A stretch of DNA of 64,000 nt, taken from Epiperipatus broadwayi. Its lineage: Eukaryota > Animalia > Onychophora. A program made the translations under genes and the position numbers. Position 1 is the first letter of the stretch. Each line of letters starts with the position of its first letter. The notes beneath the pieces are model-generated. The model made no database searches. It worked only from the letters and a program-made list of their open reading frames with translations, and was not told the DNA's origin. The stretch spans positions 15,624,001-15,688,000 of the forward strand of contig JAQFVV010000010.1 of NCBI GenBank assembly GCA_028023455.1. The letters are read 5' to 3'. Shown piece by piece: positions 51,304 through 63,497 of the stretch.

Positions 51304-52202
51304 TGAGAGAATATCCCCAAAATAACTGGAATTGTTCTCTGGTAAGTGCACCTGTTGTCATACTTGCTTCTGCTGTTACATCTCTTGCGAAGACCCTTTT
51401 GCATCAATCTGGTAAATTACATTACTGTGTGAAATCGTGGTGTAACGTAGCATATTTTTTTGTAGTGTGTTTTGCGTATTTGGCGATTTTTTTGTAATGG
51501 CTGAAAAGTTGGAATAATGTGACATTCTGTGTTTTTTTTTAGGTAAAACAATTGTAATGCTTGAAAAAAATTACAAGAAAACTGTTCTGAAGAAAACACA
51601 AGTTTATGAATGATGTAATGAAATTATCAAATTATCATGTTCCAAAAAAGCATAGCAACTGAAATCCAATGTCAAGATAATGCTGATTTTTTTTTTTTAT
51701 TGATGCAAACTGCATTTTTAAATTAGTTCTTAATAGTCAGATATTTTATCTACGAGTTCTGAAACATTTGCATGATGCGATAAAATGTAACCATCCCATT
51801 TTGTGGGAAATTGAAGAATGCAAGCTTCACCACGACAATTCCTCTGCGAGCAGTCTTGAGTGTGAAATAATTTTTAATTAAATTTAATATGATCTAGCTT
51901 ATAGACCAATCATATTTGCTCAATCTCTAACCGTGTGACTTCTTTTTATTCTTTTAGATGAAAAAATGCCTGAATTTTTTTTTTTTTGCTGACTTAGAAG
52001 TGGTGAAAAAAAAAAAAACCAAGCAGACATTAAAAGGCTTCACTTTGTGTTTCCAGACTATTTCAAAAAGTGAAAAGCACATTTAAAGTAGTGTATTGTA
52101 TTAAATGAACAGTACTTTGAAGGTGATTAAATTTATAACACTTAATGATAAATAAACAATTTTTTATTACAAAATTTCCAGTTATTTTTGGGTCCTCTCT
52201 TG
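51304..52202 (+). mobile_element. Mariner-family element, internally deleted, ~900 bp
   Basis: TIR-like ends (..CCCCAAAATAACTGGAAT / ATTTCCAGTTATTTTTGGGTCC..) each flanked by TA. Residual 'LHHDN' and 'PCDFFLF' transposase motifs. Confidence 0.8.
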
Positions 52203-52232
52203 TATATGTGAATGAATACATGTATGATTTAC

Positions 52233-52391
52233 CTTCAAAAATGAGAATTTGTGAAACAATCGACTAACATGTTCACAATTCTGACCTTCATGTACAAAAT
52301 TTAATTCCAATGGGAGATTTTTTTTAGTTTCTTCTGAAAGCCATAAAAATTGAAAATCAGGAAAAAGCCAAGCTATGCCGTGAACTAAAAG
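52233..52391 (-). CDS. ADCK1: ADCK1 internal exon, 159 nt
   Basis: TACAG|CTT...AAG|GTAAA; LLVHGIAWLFPDFQFLWLSEETKKNLPLELNFVHEGQNCEHV...FSFLK. Confidence 0.96.
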
Positions 52392-52440
52392 CTGTAAAAG
52401 AGAAAAGTACAATATCTTAGCATCATCCTTATATATATAT

Positions 52441-53024
52441 ATAATTATATAACTGAATATTTGTAAATACAGTAACTAAATAATTAAAAAATTTTATCCA
52501 CTTAGGAGCATTTTCGATTATCCCAGTAATCTTTGTCAACTAAAGCTTTGCAATGCTAACTTTCCCACAATTCCGTGATCTTAACGTTTGCTGCTTGCCT
52601 GTTAATTAAGTCATGTTTATATTTGTATATTAACATAGCTTCCTTTATTTTTCTTTTATCATTATTTTTTTCAATTTGCAATATTTTTACACTGTTAAAA
52701 TTGAAGTCAAAACCATAAATACATGATTTATTATGGTCATAAAAAACAGATGCTGAAATATTATTATCTACTATGCAATTTTGTTTTGATTTCTGAACTC
52801 GTTTTAATAATAGCAAGTGTTCTTTAGTTCTTTTTTCCAACGTACATCTAGATACACTGCCACACCTACATATCCATTTATAAATGACACAATTTTTATT
52901 TATAAATGAGGTTTTATCTTTGGAGTTATTTATTAATTTGTTTAATGTAGGAGGTGCTCCTAAGTGGATAAAAAAATTTAATTATTTAGTTACTGTATTT
53001 ACAAATATTCAGTTATATAATTAT
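52441..53024 (-). mobile_element. 5'-truncated Penelope-like element with GIY-YIG C-terminus and inverted terminal duplication
   Basis: ORF 'IYKWICRCGS...LEKRTKEH...KILQIEKN..KRKIKEAMLI...LINR'. 70-bp inverted arms at 52441-52510 and 52955-53024. Confidence 0.85.
52501..52544 (-). ncRNA. Type I hammerhead ribozyme motif with U3-A8 variant core
   Basis: Minus strand: TTTAG-TTGACAA-A-GATT(ACTGGGAT)AATC-GAAA-ATGC-TC|CTAAG. Stem I is TTTAG/CTAAG and stem II is 4 bp. It lies directly downstream of the GIY-YIG stop codon, where PLE HHRs are expected. Confidence 0.65.
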
Positions 53025-55537
53025 GTATATTGCTTTAAAAATACAGACATCGAATAATAATATTATTATATATATATACAAAATTGTAAATGCAAAGATT
53101 TTAATAGAAACTTAGTATATAATAAATACACATCTACTATTTATTATATGTGAGTAAATATGAACAAATTTTCATCTTAATTGATTTTTCATGATTAAAT
53201 GATTTATAAAAATCATTTATATTATTACAAAAAATATAGTATTATTATATTAATATTCAGAGTCAAAGATTAATAAATCTTACTTAATATCTAGAAAATA
53301 AGTTTATAAATGAAAAATATTTACTGTAATATAACCTTCGCAAGCACAATTAATCATTCTGAAATATTAATATATAACAACATTTGTTTTGATATGATTA
53401 ATCCACTAAAAATAATTTTAAAAAATAAATACAGTACAGTAAATAAATTAATATTATGCACACATATGAAAATAAAATGATAAATAAACAGTTGAGAAAA
53501 TACCTGTAAATTAATAAGCCTAACTGATCTGAATGCCATACTTTAATTTTTCTTAGTTAAATGTTTCTATACTTAGTTCATGATTTTTATTTTTTTACTA
53601 ATTTTAATACTAATTTTTTTTAAAAGAATAACTATGGTTGGTTTTTAAAAAAAATTAAATTTGATTGCTAAATTTTACAGAACATTACGGAAATAAGAAA
53701 GAGACGAGGGGCAAATTGTAAAATAAACTATCTTGCATTTTAAAAGAGTAACACAAAAGAAATACTGTTAATGTTTATTTTTTTATTATAGTGATATAAA
53801 AAGGATTAAAGTGTTAAATTTAATAATTGCAATATTGTTATTATTTAATATTTGCATTTAATACATTAGGAAAAAATATAATATACTAATATATAAATAA
53901 TCATTATTTATATCCAATATAAATACTATTGCAAAATGATAAAATTTATAGTTATTTAATACAGCATATTAGTTTTTTAAAAATATGGAAAGATTATAAT
54001 AAGGGAGTAAGAATGTATTAGAAAATTATGATTGCATGTTCACTTAGTCTGAAAAAATTGTTAATAATCTAAAAAGTGTTTGCTGGATTAATGATATTGC
54101 AACTATAAATAATGTTTAAACATTACTTTCAAATATTGAATAAATCATGAATATAAATTTTATGCTTATTAATTAAATAATTAAATGAGTTTATGTTCGG
54201 ATCTATTTGAGTTATTTGTTTTGTTTTTTATATAAGGTTATGGGTTTGTAATTAAATGTTTTTTTTATGATTTAACATATTGACACTTTATCTTCACTTA
54301 TGAAAAACTAAATATAAAAAAGCCTAAATTCAGACTAAGGTGATCAATAGTGTTATAGGTTAATGCCCTACAATTATACTGCAGTGATTAAAGTTTACCA
54401 TGCCACCATTCTGAGATTTGAGACTGAGCCCAATGAACATAAAAAATTATTTCAACTCACAACCAGATAAAAATCTTTCAAATAGCAGTAAAAACCTCTA
54501 ACAATTATCTGCTTTATCTATGTCCATCTGGATTGTCAGAGCATATTATATTCATATAGTTGCTGTAAATATTCTTCACATATTGAGCTGATAAATTCAT
54601 TTTCTCATTTAAAATATCATTACTTTATCCAATACTTTAACTTTTTTCCTTACTTTGTTCTATTCAATTATAGCAATTTTTTAAATTTAATCCATCATTT
54701 CTTTGCAAATCAGCAATTATTGCTAAATGTTTTTTTCTGAAAATGGTTTTTAAGAAGTCAAATTTATATTTCTGTTTAATTATAATACATAATTAAAATT
54801 GTGAATTTTCATAAAGAAAAATATATATATAAGTGTTGGTGTGTGTGAATAAACTAAGAATGCCTATATAAATTTAAGTCTATATATTTAGAAATGTGTG
54901 TAAATTACTTTGAAAATATTAAAAGTAAAAATGGCTAGATACAAAATAAATCAATTTTATTTTAAAAGTTAAAAGTGTGCTTCTAATTTTTTTTAATCCC
55001 TAATTTGAAGAAATAATTGCATTTATGTAAAATATGACAGCAAAATAAAGAAAATGGTAAATTTAATAATTAAATTCGTTTTAGTTATATGTTTTCAATT
55101 ACTATTCTGAAATTTTTTTTTTTTAAAAAAATAGATTATATTTCTTTTAATTTTACTTTTGATTAATTAAAATAATTATTAAAAAAAAAAAGAATGGGAC
55201 ACACACACAAAAAAGTTCTGATCATAAAGATCCATGAATTTAGATAATGAATTTTATTTCTGGATTGTCATAAGGGATAAAGCTGTCTATTACCAAACTA
55301 GAAAGAATAATAATCCGTTCATTAACTTTTTTGTATGATATTGTAATCAGTGCAGTGATTAAAATGGAAAAAATTAAAAATAACAAATCATTGTAAATAC
55401 AACATGTTAAATAGGTAGCTACAATATAATTAAGTTGATGTAATTTTAGTTCTTCACAGATTAAATACACTGGTTTGGAATTAAGAAAACACATCCATTA
55501 TTCTGCTATAATTGTAAAATTTATCTATTAACTATTG

Positions 55538-57089
55538 TTAAAAATAATCAATTTAAAACAAAATTGAAATAGACAACTCACTACACATGAAAATATTATT
55601 TAATACATCAAACTGGCTTTCATTCCTTAATGAAACCTCTTTTCCAGATGTTTACACAATCACATGACCAGTTACCCTACAGCTCTCCCCATAATGGACA
55701 TTATTTACATTACATTACAATAAATATAATTATTAAAATACATACATTAAATATAATTAGTAAAATACATATATGTACAAAAAAATGAATAAACTTATTA
55801 CAGTCTTTTTTTCTCCCATAATATATATCCCTTCCTTCTATTTTTAAAATTATAACCCTAAAGTTTTGAATAATCTAACAATCCCATTTCCCTCCTAATT
55901 GTGCTGGATTTTTAACTATGTTTACACATTTTTTTAAATTTTCTTGAATATACAGAGTCTTATAACATTTTCTTTCCTTGTAATTTTTAATATACTTTAT
56001 TACCTGAATATTTTTTTCACAATTCATTTTATGACCTTATTAAACATTATATTAAGAATTAAAAAAAAAAAGAGGTATAATTGATCCAAATTTATATCAG
56101 CTACAGTCACAGAAAATAGCAGTTTTGAAAGGCTTTAAGTTAAGAAATATTAGATTAACAGCGAATATAAAAGAAACATTGGAACAGAAATTGGAAGTTG
56201 AGAATGATTATGTTAGTGTAAGATATAAAAAAAAAAGATTTTCAGAAATAATAATAATAATACAAAAGATAATGTAAGGAATATGTATAAAAATAGGAAA
56301 TGGGTTTCAGTTCCATATTCATAGCATTTATATAAGACATTGATAAAAGAAAAATTACCCGATGATATTAAGATAGGATGGAAAAATACTAAATCTTTAG
56401 GAAATGGATATGTAACTCAAAAATGATGGATAATATTAAAATTGGTTAGGGTTGGTTTATAATATAAGACATGACCTTTGTAATATGATATATATATATA
56501 TAGGTCAGACAGAAAAGACTGCCATGGAAAGAGGTAAGGAGCATGATAGGGCAATTAACAGAAAGTATATAACATCAGGGCCATATATACATCTTTTGGA
56601 TACTGGACATAAAATGAATTGTGAAAAAAATATTCAGGTAAATAAAATATGTTAAAAATTACAAGAAAAGAAAATGTAATGAGATTTTGTATGTTCAAGC
56701 AAATTTAAATAAATGTGTAATCATGCTTAAAGGTCCAGCACAATTAGGGGGGAAATGTCATTGCTAGATTATTGGAAACTTTAGAGTTGTAATTTTAAAA
56801 ATAGTAGGAAGGAATATATATTATGGAGGGGAAAAAGAACTGTAATAAGTTTAATCATTTTTATGTACATATATGCATTTTATTAATTATATTTAATGTA
56901 TGTATTTTAATAATTATATTTATTGTAATGTAATGTAAATAATGTCCATTGGGGGAGTTTCTGTAGGGGTAAAAAAAAAATTTTGAAAAGATTCCATTAA
57001 GGAATGAAAGCTGGACTGATGTATTAAATAATATTTTTATTTATAGTGAATTGTCTATTTCAATTTTGTTTTAATTTGATTATTTTTAA
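55538..57089 (+). mobile_element. Penelope-like element fragment with ~490-bp inverted pseudo-LTR duplication
   Basis: GIY-YIG 'LVYNIR..LCNMIYI..GQTEKTAMERGKEH'. Arms 55538-56033 and 56608-57089 are reverse complements. A degenerate HHR-like TTGAAAA-G-ATTCC(ATTAA)GGAAT-GAAA lies at 56983-57009. Confidence 0.85.
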
Positions 57090-57642
57090 TTTTATATATA
57101 GAAGGCAACATTATGGACAAATTTTAACATTGAAATTTGATCATTTAAAGTATTAATTATTGTATTAGATATGCTGCAATGCAGGAGTAAGATTATAATC
57201 AAAAAGATAGAATAGATAATATGTATTTTGCAAATTAATAATTTTCATTTACAGAAATTTATATTTGTGTAAGGTATCTTGTATATAAAATCTGTATTCT
57301 CTGTTGTCTGATTAATAAATGAATGTTTGTCTGATGTCATGTGTCAAATTCACAACCATTATGCTTATGCAAAAGAAGTAATTCTACCATTAAATAAAAA
57401 ACGCTGGGAAAAATCAGTACGAATGGTTTTAACTATAAAGATATAATATACATTTCGCAGTAAAGGTTCCCATTCAGCTGCACAAACAACCAATACATCG
57501 ATTTGTAATTTGATATTAAGGCATTTTGTGTTATCATGGTCTGTCAATCCCCTAATACAGTTCAGATGAATGACATACTTAGCAATGTTAATTTAAAATG
57601 TACTAAACTATTATAAATGAGCAATGTTTAATAAAAATCATA

Positions 57643-58318
57643 TTTACATTTAATCTTTAAAAAAAATTGTTAAAGCAACCAGTTATTACAAAAATGACAG
57701 GCTGAAAGCCTGGAGGCTTTGTTTCCGCCATTCTCACATTTAAAGACTGTTTAATTTACATTAAATCTTCAAAAAAAGATTGTTAAAGCAACCAATTATT
57801 ACAAAAATGATGGGCCTTTATAAGAAATAAATTTTAAGCTTAAATTACAACTTTACCACTAATTTGAAAATAATAAAAGTAAATTCATAAGAAAATACAT
57901 TTCTAAATATGTAATTTACTTAACATTTTTCTACATTAATTTAAAAAATGTATTTGTAGTCAAATTAGCTTAAAAATTTAGAATAGTTTAATTGCTTTTC
58001 AAAAATAAAATCACCTCATTGATGTTTTTATTCTTAAAAGTTATTTACAACTGTAACAAAAGAATATACTAATTTATAAATTACTACTGTACAAAATTTA
58101 CTTTCTATTATAAATAATAATCAAATTTAAAATGTATAATTATAATTAAATACAGAAATGAATAATAATAAAAAAGAAGAAAAAGTTATTACAAAAACAA
58201 TGGGCTGAAAGAAGAATTATTATATTCTGCCATCCTCACATTTAAAATCTTTTGTTTAATTTACATTAAATCTTTAAAAAAAAATTTGCTAAAGCAAACA
58301 AATAAAAAAATTATGGTC
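57643..58318. repeat. Imperfect ~113-nt tandem/dispersed direct repeats
   Basis: The unit TTTACATT(T/A)AATCTT..AAAAAA.TTGTTAAAGCAACC..TTATTACAAAAATG occurs at ~57643, ~57756 and ~58184-58318. Confidence 0.6.
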
Positions 58319-58353
58319 TTTACAAGGCTGGATTCATCTGGTAGTTATATAAT

Positions 58354-58692
58354 TGTAACAGGATAAAGTAATGAATGAGTGAACCTGGGATTATGGAAAA
58401 TCATTAACAACCCCAGTTCAAAATATAAATATAAAATGTACAATAATGATATTAATATCAAAAAATATATAAGAAATGTTATATATTATAAAAGAGAGCA
58501 TGAGATTAGAAGATCTCTCTAAGATCAGCTAGTTACATCAGTTAGATCAGAAGAGATCAGTTAACTTCTCAGAGCAACTATAATTAACTATAAATCAATC
58601 AGCATTATCATAAATACAAATAAGTATAAGTAATATTCAAAATAACCATTCATCATCATGGATGATCCATCAATCAAACTACATCAATAACA
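58354..58692 (+). mobile_element. Possible solo LTR
   Basis: TGTAAC...ATAACA ends, a TATA-like TATAAAAG at ~58487, and flanks ATAAT/ATAAA (4/5 match). Confidence 0.35.
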
Positions 58693-60222
58693 ATAAATCA
58701 ACAGTCCATCTTGTGGCTGTATTGGAAATGTTTTTTTCTGTAGACCAGGCTAACTATTGAGCCATTACCAGCTTAGGGCAATTATTTAAACATTAATTTG
58801 GATGCACAAACTAAGTGCTCACCCATAAAAAATACATAAAAATCTAAACAATAATGCTGGAATATTAAAACATGCTGATCATCATCAATGCTCTGACCAC
58901 TTAGTCCCATTAATGTACTGACCAACTATAAATTTAAATTATTATAGACTAAATAAAATGTAGTGCAGGGGCTTTAAAGAATATTATCTTATGTGCCAAC
59001 CAGGATGATGATGACTGATCATCACTGGATGCCCAAAAGCACTAAATATACACCCCCATTTATATATTCAACTGTTATACTCTATATCTAGCTGAGAAGA
59101 ACACAAGCTCAAGTACTGTTATGGTGACCAAGAGATAATGATGCAATACAATTTTAACAATTGAATAAGAGTTTATTAACAACAAAAAAATATTCAAGTC
59201 TCTAAAATAAGGCTATACATATAAATTAAATCTTTTGATTTTGAGTAATATACAATAATAATAAAAAAATTACATTAATGGTTTATATGATTAATATATA
59301 AAGTTCAAGTTATTACAACATGACTTACATATATGTTCCATGTAGGTTTATTTAAAACCTAATCAGCACATAGACGTGACTTAATATAAAATGAACGTTT
59401 GAATTTATCAAAATAATAAAATTATTAAAAATACATTTCATAATTAATTCCATTTGAAAACTATACATAAAATTCACATATACATATGTACCTATGAACA
59501 TATAGATGATATAAATTAATAGTATTAATGCCTTTTTTTTCAGTCAATAAAAGTATTTTCTTTTTCCTTCTTTTTTTGACAGGTAACTCAAAAGTTTTTT
59601 TTAATGACAGGTTATTCTCAATTAATTAATTATATCTTTAAATTAATCTAAAAAAGATTTTTGAAATCTTCTTTTTTCTTTTTTTCAAAACAAATTGCCC
59701 ATGATTCAATTATTAATTTTAAATTTTAATTCAATTCAAGGAAAATTATTTACTTGTTATCTTTTAAAATATATAGATTTTTAAATGTCACTTTTACCAA
59801 AGAAATTATTTAAAATTTCATTGTCATTGTATATAATGCTACTCACCATTGTACATACATTTATCTGTGCTTCTCTTTGTGAGTTGGTCTTGGTGAGACA
59901 GGTATAGTCCAGGATTGGCATAATCAGGAAGATATAATTCAGGTAAAATATTGGCATTCAATCAGTTCCCTTGTGTCTAGGATTTGATGAGCTTCAGGTC
60001 AGAAAACTGTTTTGTCCAGGTTTAAGGCTTTAGAGACAGAGAAATGGGTTTTCCTTCTAAGTTCCAAACTCCAGTATAGTGAATCAGCAGCAGCTGCCTC
60101 CTGTATTGACTTCAGTTACATCTTCATGGGAGCTATCTACATAGCTTTGAAAACCATCTCTGCAGTTAGCTATTCTTACTGCCAACTGCTTTACAAAAAT
60201 ATTAAGACAAGAATTGTCTTTC

Positions 60223-60390
60223 AAAAATTACTATCCAAAACTTTGCAGCTGGCCAATTTGGCCACTGCTTCTCAAAATATTAAAACCAGACTTTGTAGCT
60301 AACTCTTAGCCAACTACTTCTTAAAAAAATTACTATCCAGACTTTGCAGCTGGGTAATTTGGCCACCTGCTTCTCAAAAAATATTAGCCA
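60223..60390. repeat. ~101-nt tandem duplication in a GC-richer unclassified insert (~59850-60410)
   Basis: AAAAATTACTATCCA.ACTTTGCAGCTGG..AATTTGGCCAC..GCTTCTCAAAA occurs twice, with CCAGACTTTG sub-repeats. Confidence 0.6.
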
Positions 60391-61148
60391 GACTGAACTG
60401 ATATTTGTATTAGCACTTTTTATAAGTCATCTGTGGTGATAAAAACATCTTAATTGAAAACAGTTTTTTTTTATCTTTTCAAAAAGATCACTAACCCTTT
60501 CAAAATCAACTTTGAAATTTTACCAAAGGTGTGATCTATATGTTTTACTACTTCAAAAATAAATAAGATATTTTTACAATTATCAGATTAACGTGCTTGT
60601 TTTTAAATTCAAAATCAGAATACAATATTAATTTATTTAGATCTTTTTAAATGTTTTAATTTATAATAAAATTCTGTTTTTAATCCAGAGTTATTTAACC
60701 ATTTATTTATTATTTTTATTCCCAGTGAATGTAAAAAAATATCTACAAAAATTTGTCTGTGTTCATTTCTACTTTTCCTTTAAATTATATATATATGCAC
60801 ACAAACAACTATGTTGCTGTGTGCCATGTAATCCAACCGATTATATAATATTACAATGACTTAATATTCTGACTTTTTTAAAATATTCTATTTATGTTTT
60901 GTGATTTTTTTAAAAATCACCTGTTTTTTTAAGACTAATATATTTTATATTGTTTTTGTTTTGTATGGCTAATTAGGGTAAAAATAATATTATAAAAAAA
61001 TATTTCAGAATGTATAATCACAATATATAGCTAAACTACGTATATCATATAGTTCAATTAAAAATTAAATTAAAATAAAAATGTTTGATTTTTTTACTCT
61101 ATCTAGTGGCATTGTTATAGAAAATTTAATACGTAAACATATTCACAG

Positions 61149-61380
61149 AATAACCAAGCCCAAAAACATTACTATGATAATTTATAGATTCCTAAAGAAC
61201 CATTTAAAATGAATTGGCAAATAATGCCCCTTTCTTATGTCAATGCCAGTCTATTTGTCAGATAAAAAATGACAAATAGACAGCATGGGCATAAAAAAGG
61301 GGTATTATTTGCAAATTCATTTGAAATGATTCTTTAGGAATCTATAAATTATTATAGTAATGTTTTCTGACTTGGTTGTT
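61149..61380. repeat. Fold-back (MITE-like) palindrome, ~110-bp arms, 9-nt loop
   Basis: 61152-61260 is the reverse complement of 61270-61377 with roughly 10-12% mismatches; loop GATAAAAAA. Confidence 0.85.
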
Positions 61381-61589
61381 AAAATTGTTAGAAATGTAAT
61401 ATACTAAAATTTTATGTGTGCTAATTTAAATTTTGCATAATTTAATCTAGATTTTGAGATAAAAATATTATATATAAGTCAGAATAGAAGGTGAGCAAAT
61501 TGTACAAGCAAAATTAGTTATGTAACAAATATACCCAAGCCAATGCACTATTACAGTTTGTAAGTGGCTTTTTTAAATATAAATATATA

Positions 61590-62880
61590 TCAATTTTTAA
61601 TTCTAAAGCTCTCATTGACTTCAAATTCAGATGAAAGGGTATAATTTAATAAATATAAACTAATTAATTGCATTGAGCTAACTTTCAGCAAAACATTGCC
61701 ACACAATATGCAAATAAGGGAAATAGATATTCCATTTTTCGGACAATGGAACACATGAATTCTTTTTGTTGATGGAATGTGGATCCTTTGCAACTGCCCA
61801 AGCCTCTTTGTACTTTCTTTTCCTATTGTCTCTTTCTGAACATATTGTTCTAACACTTGATGGAGAAAATGTATAATCTGTGGTGTGCTCATGATCTAAA
61901 AGATCGATCTGTATTCAGTCTTTTGTTTAGTTCTTTTATACAAATGTGTGTGTTGGGCAATTCTCATGGATCTATTTGCATGAGATTCCTTATAATAAAC
62001 CGAGCTGCAGGAACGATTAGTAAGTGCAATTTTGTAGACCACCTGGGGTACAAGCTCCACAGGTATCTTGTCTTTAGTATTGTTCAACAAATTATAAAGA
62101 GACGGTGGGGTGATTTAAAGCTAACTCTATATGTATTAGCGAAATGTTCCTAAGATTATTTGCAATATGGAGAATGTTAGGAAAGCTTATCCATGCTTTA
62201 GGCATACTATTAATGTTTTCAACTTTATTTGCATTGATGTAAAATTTTGTTTCAATAAGCATGTTATGATTACAACCAAGCCCTATTAAATCATTGATCC
62301 ATGCATCTATGTTGTTTTTTCTATCTGCCTCATACTTGCATAGATTTTTGTTTGTGCTCTATTGGGACTTTTGACATATGAATAGCTCTCTCTGTTTGTA
62401 AAGGTTTAAGCTTCATTTTAAAGTCAAGCTGATTTTTATTTTTCTGAACATACATGTCCAGAAAATTAATCCCATGATTGATGTCTTTTACTTCAATAGT
62501 CCATTTCAGAGGCAATATATTTTCGAGCTCTAATCATATATTCTTGATCTGATCCTTTGCCCCATATATAAACATGTTTACATACCGCATATAAATATTG
62601 TTAGATGAAGGGGCTAAATATTTAGGCAAGATATTATTTTCAAACTTAGACAGAACAATGCTATAAACAATACCACTGAGTAGTAAACTCATGGGCCAAC
62701 CATTCTCCATTTTATAAAATTCATTCTTGGCTATTGCTACAATTTCTCTATCAATCCATTTTAAGACTTCTATTATAAACTTTTTTTTATATGGATTGTA
62801 GTTAATTTGCTGCAAGGTATCTTGATTGATGTTAAGGGATAGATCAGGAAACACTGAACTGTAAAGTTCTTTTATTATAT
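61590..62880 (-). mobile_element. Degenerate Penelope-like element, RT C-terminal half plus GIY-YIG
   Basis: 'NEFYKMENGWPM...MRYVNMF...WTIEVKD..INFLDM...KLKPLQTERAIH' (PLE RT: Q..G.PMGS, RYVDD, FLD) followed by 'KDKIPVELVPQVVYKI...C.SVY...R..QH'. Confidence 0.8.
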
Positions 62881-63338
62881 ATCTAAAGAGGCTAGCTGGT
62901 AATTCTTATTAATTTTTATTTTTTTAAATTTTATCCACGCACTCAAAAGATGATTCTGGCAATGTTTTGCCAAAAGCTGGATCAGTGCAATTAATTAATT
63001 AATTTATATCTTTTAATCTGAACTCAAAGTCAATGAGTGCTTTAGAATTACATATTTTCATGAAAATAATTAATATGTTGAGACTTACATATCAATTTTT
63101 AAAAATGTAATAGAATATTATAAGTTCAGAATAATAAAATGTTTAATAAGACAACACTTTATATGCAATTTATATATATTTTTCTCCCTTGCTAAAAAAT
63201 TAAATGTAAAAATTGCTCAAAATTGTAATTTTAGCAATATTTAAAATAACAATAAAAAATAACCACTAACAAACTGTATAAAAAGATTTGTCTTTAATAA
63301 ATATTAAAATATATACTAAATAAAAAAATGTTTGTTAC

Positions 63339-63497
63339 CTCCATAGTTTTTATATCAATAAATGAATGTGCTTTAACTCTAAGGTGCTGGACTTTAACAG
63401 CAACAGGTGTCCCATCTTTAAGCCTTGCTTTATGAACTTGTGCTAATGATGCTACTCCTAAAGGCTGAGATTCAAAATCCACAAAAATTTCGTTCAC
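63339..63497 (-). CDS. ADCK1: ADCK1 internal exon, 159 nt, ASLAQV and VAVKVQ motifs
   Basis: TAG|GTG...GAG|GTAAC; [38 protein letters not shown]...IKTME. Upstream exons are outside the window. Confidence 0.96.

Noticed and set aside
6270-57089. Orientation bias of intact HHRs away from host-gene sense strands
   Set aside because: The 52501 motif is sense to ADCK1 and may be competent; numbers are too small to support a bias.
59975-60020. TTGATGA...GAAAAC as an HHR
   Set aside because: No consistent stem II or stem I pairing.
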